Shown here piece after piece: positions 59,248 through 64,000 of a DNA stretch of 64,000 nucleotides. The stretch lies in assembly GCA_002293685.1 (NCBI GenBank), contig DBDS01000007.1, positions 40,140 to 104,139 on the forward strand, given 5' to 3'. The DNA is from Patescibacteria group bacterium UBA926 (GTDB lineage: Bacteria; Patescibacteriota; Doudnabacteria; UBA920). Each line of letters starts with the position of its first letter. The first letter of the stretch is position 1. A model generated the notes under the pieces. That model was not told where the DNA came from and searched no databases. It saw only the letters and a program-made list of their open reading frames with translations. The translations under genes were made by a program, and so were the position numbers.

Positions 59248-59442
59248 TTACTGACGTTTAAAAATATGCTCAATCGGTTTTCCAAAATGTTCCGCAATTT
59301 GCATTGCTAATAGAAGTGAAGGGGCATAGTTGCCTTTTTCAATTGCAATTACTGTTTGTCTGGATACGCCTAACTCAGACGCCAAGTCTTCCTGAGTTTG
59401 ATTACGTTCCTGTCTTAATTTTTTTATGTTGTTTTGTAGCAT
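59248..59442 (-). CDS. XRE-family HTH transcriptional regulator
   Basis: TQEDLASELGVSRQTVIAIEKGNYAPSLLLA. Confidence 0.92.
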   Translation of the reverse strand: MLQNNIKKLRQERNQTQEDLASELGVSRQTVIAIEKGNYAPSLLLAMQIAEHFGKPIEHIFKRQ

Positions 59443-59471
59443 AAATTTCATTGTCATCCTGAATCATTTTT

Positions 59472-59540
59472 GTCATCCTGAGCGAAGCGAAGGATCTCAT
59501 AAGGATTCTTCGTCCCGCCGTGGGCGGAACTCAGAATGAC
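59472..59540. repeat. Family A repeat with partial end duplication at 59453
   Basis: GTCATCCTGAGCGAAGCGAAGGATCT..GATTCTTCG..CTCAGAATGAC. Confidence 0.85.
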
Positions 59541-59554
59541 ACCAGTTTGATAAA

Positions 59555-60607
59555 TTAACCGAAAGTAAATGTGAATACTTGGACTCCGCTGTCTGGGAAT
59601 TCAATTTCCATAGTTCGGTTTTGACCAGTGCTAGATTCGAACAGGGGATATAAATCGGAGTTGGTAATTGTCACGCCTTTTTGCAATTGACCATCAACGT
59701 AAATCTTTAAAGTCACCGGCTTTTCACTTTGAGCCACCATGAAAACCTTTGCTGCGTTAAAGTTAAGCCTAATTCTTCCAAAACCAGAGGTGTGGACTGC
59801 AGCTTCTGGTTCAATTTTCCAGCGGCCTTCAAGTGCGAAACGGTTGCGTTGCAAAGTACGAGGGAAAGCGTAAATCTGTTCTTCGCTAGATGGCTTTTCT
59901 AAACCACCAAAGTTTTTTAATCGAGCCAAGCCCAGATAAATTTCTGGAGTCTGAGACTGATTTTCTTCAGGCATCGGAGGCATTTGAAATTCACCTTCGA
60001 GTCCAAGTAAAGTTCTAATCGCTAATTCGGTTTTTTCGTATTCTCCCTCACCAAAGTGTGTATAAACAATTTCTCCGTTTTTATCGATTAAGTAGTGAGC
60101 AGGCCAAAACTGATTTTCAAAAGCTTGCCACGTGCGGTACTGATTGTCTTGAGCAACAGGGTAGGTAATATTATATCTTTTGATGGCAGTTTCTACATTA
60201 TTAGCAACACGTTCGAAAGCAAACTCTGGTGTGTGAATTCCTATAATCACAAACCCTTGGTCTTTATAAGTTTCATACCACTTTGTCACGTAAGGGAGAG
60301 TCCGAATACAGTTGATACATGAGTAGGTCCAGAAATCTACTAAGACAACTCGACCCTGGAGCTCGGCTAAAGTTAGAGGGTCACTGTTGAACCACTTGTT
60401 AAGTCCAACTAACTCTGGAGCTGGTCCGTAGTTTGAAAAATTTGGTTTAACTGGCTCGTCAGGGTTATCGGTTTGAGTTTGAGTTTCCTGAGTTCCAAAA
60501 GTGAGATTCAAAAATCCACCCTCTGGATTTTGAGATTGTAAAAATAATCCTGCTCCGGTGAGCATGGCAATTAAAATCAAAATGTAAGGAAGGATTTTTT
60601 TGAACAT
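59555..60607 (-). CDS. DipZ-like redoxin + C-terminal domain protein
   Basis: DFWTYSCINC, GIHTPEFAFE, HFGEGEY, QVFTFTFG. Confidence 0.9.
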   Translation of the reverse strand: MFKKILPYILILIAMLTGAGLFLQSQNPEGGFLNLTFGTQETQTQTDNPDEPVKPNFSNYGPAPELVGLNKWFNSDPLTLAELQGRVVLVDFWTYSCINCIRTLPYVTKWYETYKDQGFVIIGIHTPEFAFERVANNVETAIKRYNITYPVAQDNQYRTWQAFENQFWPAHYLIDKNGEIVYTHFGEGEYEKTELAIRTLLGLEGEFQMPPMPEENQSQTPEIYLGLARLKNFGGLEKPSSEEQIYAFPRTLQRNRFALEGRWKIEPEAAVHTSGFGRIRLNFNAAKVFMVAQSEKPVTLKIYVDGQLQKGVTITNSDLYPLFESSTGQNRTMEIEFPDSGVQVFTFTFG

Positions 60608-60608
60608 A

Positions 60609-61328
60609 TTAGCGATTTGGGTGTAACAGCTTATTTTCTAAAGAACTGTAATCATAAACGTCTAGAATTTTATTTTGTAGTACCAGGTCATAGCCAAAAA
60701 ATATTGCCATCGCCATCAGTATAATTAGCACTCCAAAGACTTGTTGAATACGGGTTGTGTAAGGGGCAATAGCACGAACTTTTTGAGCAGCAAGCTGTCC
60801 GCCGTAAGCGATTACTAACATTGGGATTCCAGCACCGATCGCGTAGGCGACTAATAGCACCGTAGAGGCTGCTAAATCGGACTGTGTCGCGATTAATGTT
60901 AAGATAGACCCTAATACTGGTCCTGCGCAAGGGGTCCAAATAATGCCGAGCGTAATACCTAAAACGAAACCACCGAAGTTTCCATTTCCAGCCGCTCTGC
61001 TCCAGCCTGTCGCTTTAGTAGAGAAACCACTTAAGTAAGTAGTTAATTTTTCGAATGGAGTCGGCCAAATCATTAACAGACCAAATATGCCAAGTGCCAC
61101 AACCGCCACATGTCTTAAAATATTCGGATCAAGATTGAGCGCTGTTGTAATGTAAGAGAGTGTTAGCCCTAGAATGGCAAATGTGAGTGCGAAGCCACCA
61201 GCGATAAATAGAGGACGAGTTTTTGGTCCACCGATTGAGCTGCCTAATAAAATAGGTAACAGCGGAAGAATGCACGGCGCCCCGACTGTGAGAATCCCTG
61301 CCAGAACGGCAAATAATATTTCTAACAT
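60609..61328 (-). CDS. CcdA/DsbD-type transmembrane electron transporter
   Basis: PCILPLLP, WTPCAGPVLG. Confidence 0.9.
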   Translation of the reverse strand: MLEILFAVLAGILTVGAPCILPLLPILLGSSIGGPKTRPLFIAGGFALTFAILGLTLSYITTALNLDPNILRHVAVVALGIFGLLMIWPTPFEKLTTYLSGFSTKATGWSRAAGNGNFGGFVLGITLGIIWTPCAGPVLGSILTLIATQSDLAASTVLLVAYAIGAGIPMLVIAYGGQLAAQKVRAIAPYTTRIQQVFGVLIILMAMAIFFGYDLVLQNKILDVYDYSSLENKLLHPNR

Positions 61329-61329
61329 T

Positions 61330-61878
61330 TTATTTTACAAATTTAATCAAATTATCAATGTCGCCACCAGTCCATTTTGTAATCTGATTTCCTTCAGAAT
61401 CAATTTGTACGAAAGTGTGCTGGTAGGTGACTCCGTATTTTGTGCGGAGTTCAGTGTTCGAATCGTAATCGGTCTTTAACACGGTAACACCGCGTGGAAT
61501 TTGATCTAGGTTTGTTTTAAAAGCCGTGTCGGCAGTGCGACAGAATGGACACCAGGGAGCATGAAAGAACAGCACAACTTTATTTCCTTGCTTTTGTTCA
61601 CTGGAAACTCGGCTGACTGAGTAGTCTTGGTAGCTACCGGACTTTTGCATTGCTTCAGGTTGGCTTTGGTCTCCCTGCATCATGGAGTTGTCGACAGGCT
61701 CCATCATTGCATCGCCACGCATCTCGTTACTTTGATCATTTTCTAATTCCATCATACTTTCGGAATTGTTTTGATCCGACTCAACATCAGATTGTGGGCG
61801 ATTGCTGTACATTAAGTAACCGCCGATAAGGATAACGGCGACTGCTACAGCAATCCAAATAGAATTTGTTTTATTCAT
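61330..61878 (-). CDS. Membrane-anchored thioredoxin family protein
   Basis: FFHAPWCPFC, KYGVTYQHTFVQ; Met-rich linker. Confidence 0.88.
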   Translation of the reverse strand: MNKTNSIWIAVAVAVILIGGYLMYSNRPQSDVESDQNNSESMMELENDQSNEMRGDAMMEPVDNSMMQGDQSQPEAMQKSGSYQDYSVSRVSSEQKQGNKVVLFFHAPWCPFCRTADTAFKTNLDQIPRGVTVLKTDYDSNTELRTKYGVTYQHTFVQIDSEGNQITKWTGGDIDNLIKFVK

Positions 61879-61995
61879 AAGGCTTTCGATTAATTAAATT
61901 AAGTATAACTCCTCAGAATATAATGTCAAGTCAACTTTACATTGAATAGCTTCAAGACTTTATGATATTGTAGAGCATAGTAAAGGAGGACACCA

Positions 61996-62589
61996 ATGAT
62001 GCGAAGTGAATATGGAAAGTGGTTTTACGTAATATTATGTGGTGCAAAGCTAGTTAAAGCCAAAGGTACGAAAGGTTTGCACTCAACTCAACAACTGATA
62101 ATCAAGAAGTGGCGTTATCCCTCCTTTTCGGAGGCCTGGGAATCAGCCGAAAGGACTAAGAAGCTAGAACTTACTTCTGGAGACAGTTGGCAGACTGACA
62201 TTCGGATAGAAATTCTACCTGGTGTCCCGGAAACCAACGGTCTTTATGATAAAATCTCGGGTAGGTTCAAGAAAATGTTGATTCCGCATTTTGACAAATA
62301 TTTCACACTTTTCACCCAAAGTGAGGCTTGGGTCTATAGACATGGTGGTTCCGATGCAGATGTGATGATGCGAACAGCTAATTTTTTCCTCAGCTTCACA
62401 GGAGAATCAAATGATCTTTGTGATCTGGATAAATTCCGAATCAGTTGCCCTGAGTGTGAGTACTGGGTGAATGATGAGGATTTACTTTCTATGATGAGGT
62501 ATTCAGTCATCGATTTCTTTATAGAAAAGCTTGGTGAGGAGAAGATTTTGGTCGAAACTTTTCAGGTAGGGGAAGGCGCAGGGTTTTGA
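61996..62589 (+). CDS. Orphan protein
   Basis: 197 aa, SD AAGGAGG. Confidence 0.55.
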   Translation: MMRSEYGKWFYVILCGAKLVKAKGTKGLHSTQQLIIKKWRYPSFSEAWESAERTKKLELTSGDSWQTDIRIEILPGVPETNGLYDKISGRFKKMLIPHFDKYFTLFTQSEAWVYRHGGSDADVMMRTANFFLSFTGESNDLCDLDKFRISCPECEYWVNDEDLLSMMRYSVIDFFIEKLGEEKILVETFQVGEGAGF

Positions 62590-62613
62590 GGAAAGCCATG
62601 ATCAGAAATTTTA

Positions 62614-62640
62614 TTAGCACTCGACTTGACAGAGTGCTAA
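62614..62640 (+). promoter_or_regulatory. CIRCE operator overlapping the sigma70 promoter
   Basis: TTAGCACTC-N9-GAGTGCTAA perfect match; TTGACA lies in the spacer with TACATT 17 bp downstream. Confidence 0.97.
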
Positions 62641-62683
62641 TTTTTTTATACATTAAAAATATATCGTATTAAAGCATTAAACC

Positions 62684-63442
62684 ATGTCTAAAAACGGTGA
62701 AATTACTCCGAGGCAAGCGAAGGTTTTAGCCTGTATTGTAAAACTACATTCCGAAACAGGTAAGCCAATTGCTTCCAAAGAGCTTATAGATAGGGGTTAC
62801 TTTGATGTCAGTGGAGCAACGTTACGTAATGAAATGCAAGCTCTCGAAGAAGCAGGGCTCATTACTCACCCGCACACATCGAGTGGGCGAGTCCCAACCG
62901 ACGAGGGATTTCGATATTTTGTAAATCAGTTAATGGGACACGTAGAACTTTCTTTAAAAGAGCGACAAGCTCTCAAAAAAGAAATCATCAAGCTTCAAGC
63001 GGTAAACGCAGAAATTGGTCGCAGGTTAGCAAAAATGCTGTCCTCACATTCTGCTCAAGCCTCGTTCACTATTTTACCGGAAGAAGTTTCTTCCACAGGA
63101 ATCTCTCACATATTAGAGAACGATCAGTTGCCAGCCGAAGACGCTAAAGAAATCGCCCGCTTCTTTGATAACTTAGATGAATACGCGGACCAGATTATGG
63201 CCGATTACTCGGACAAAGAACCACAAACTTTCATCGGTAAAGAATTAACTTTATCAAAAGGAAGTGACTACTCGATGATTGTCTCCGGTGTGAAATTACC
63301 ATCAGGTAAAAAAGGTGTTATTGGTTTGGTTGGTCCCAAGAGCATGAAGTATCCCAAAAACATTTCGCTGATGGAATATATTTCTAAGTTTCTCGGTAAG
63401 GGAGGCGGAGCCGCAGTACTATTAATTACAATTGTAAGCTGA
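62684..63442 (+). CDS. hrcA: Heat-inducible transcription repressor HrcA (short form)
   Basis: SGATLRNEM..PHTSSGRVPTDEGFRYFV..GLVGPKSMKY; CIRCE upstream. Confidence 0.95.
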   Translation: MSKNGEITPRQAKVLACIVKLHSETGKPIASKELIDRGYFDVSGATLRNEMQALEEAGLITHPHTSSGRVPTDEGFRYFVNQLMGHVELSLKERQALKKEIIKLQAVNAEIGRRLAKMLSSHSAQASFTILPEEVSSTGISHILENDQLPAEDAKEIARFFDNLDEYADQIMADYSDKEPQTFIGKELTLSKGSDYSMIVSGVKLPSGKKGVIGLVGPKSMKYPKNISLMEYISKFLGKGGGAAVLLITIVS

Positions 63443-63454
63443 CATGCCTAGCAT

Positions 63455-63521
63455 GTCATCCTGAAGGAGCGAAGTGACTGAAGGATCTCAACGAAAGATT
63501 CTTCGCTACGCTCAGAATGAC
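63455..63521. repeat. Family A repeat between hrcA and grpE
   Basis: GTCATCCTGAAGG..GAAGGATCT..AGATTCTTCG..CTCAGAATGAC. Confidence 0.85.
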
Positions 63522-63529
63522 AAAGTATT

Positions 63530-64000
63530 ATGAATCAAGAAAATAACGAACAAGAAAAAATAGAATTTGAAGATGCCGACATGCAGAGACAGGTCGCCGA
63601 AGCTCAAGAAGAAGCCAAGATGAATTTAGCTGGATGGCAACGAGCTCAAGCAGATTTTGAAAACTACAAGAAGCGAGAGGAAGGCAAGCAAGCCGAACTT
63701 CTGGAATTCGCCAAAGAGGTAACAATTGTAAAATTGTTGCCAACTCTAGATGCTCTTGCGCAAGGCCTAGCCCATGCTCCAGATGGAGTAGATGAAAAAT
63801 GGCTCGTGGGAATCAAGGGCACCCTGGCAAATTTAGATAAAGTTTTGCAAGAAATGGGCGTCAAGAAAATTGAAGCTGTTGGTAAACCGTTCGATCCACA
63901 TTTTCACGAAGCTGTTCGTGAAGTGGAAGGTGAACAAGACGGCTTAATTGTAGAGGAGCTTCAGGTAGGATACGAAATCAATGGTAAGGTGATACGACCA
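63530..64000 (+). CDS. grpE: Nucleotide exchange factor GrpE, 3'-truncated by window edge (not in the ORF track)
   Basis: WQRAQADFENYKKR..LLPTLD..FDPHFHEAV..QVGYEINGKVIRP. Confidence 0.95.
   Translation, partial: MNQENNEQEKIEFEDADMQRQVAEAQEEAKMNLAGWQRAQADFENYKKREEGKQAELLEFAKEVTIVKLLPTLDALAQGLAHAPDGVDEKWLVGIKGTLANLDKVLQEMGVKKIEAVGKPFDPHFHEAVREVEGEQDGLIVEELQVGYEINGKVIRP

Noticed and set aside
464-63864. Numerous short antisense or overlapping ORFs in the track
   Set aside because: They are shadows of well-supported genes on the other strand or frame, with no motifs or initiation signals.
1-64000. CRISPR array or cas genes
   Set aside because: The repeats are dispersed palindromes, never regularly spaced direct repeats with unique spacers; no Cas motifs were seen.

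Overview
A 64 kb bacterial chromosome window. Compact housekeeping genes, many single-pass membrane orphans, a CPR-type serine recombinase and an atypical EF-P suggest a Patescibacteria/CPR genome (inference). The backbone carries valS (T-box leader), tsaD, a CPA2 antiporter, tRNA-Glu(TTC), csoR-trxB, gdhA, efp, rpsF-ssb-rpsR, ychF, trpS, rnj, secG, uvrC, uvrA, split ccdA/dipZ, and CIRCE-hrcA-grpE. A ~21 kb island (10943-31829) is bounded by a 19-bp duplication of the tRNA-Glu 3' end. It holds an RloC-like ATPase, a capsid-less ParB-MTase/MTase/TerS/TerL/large serine recombinase module, and envelope, redox and metal cargo. The strongest novel signal is a set of palindromic repeat families. A DUF559 nuclease gene is flanked by inverted copies of a CCCCTCC..GGAGGGG repeat and by a ~46-bp duplication of the trpS 3' end, and solo copies of that repeat are translated in frame inside gdhA and uvrC. 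A second family (GTCAT..ATGAC) is translated twice inside valS. No CRISPR array or rRNA was seen. All calls come from reading the sequence; no searches were run.
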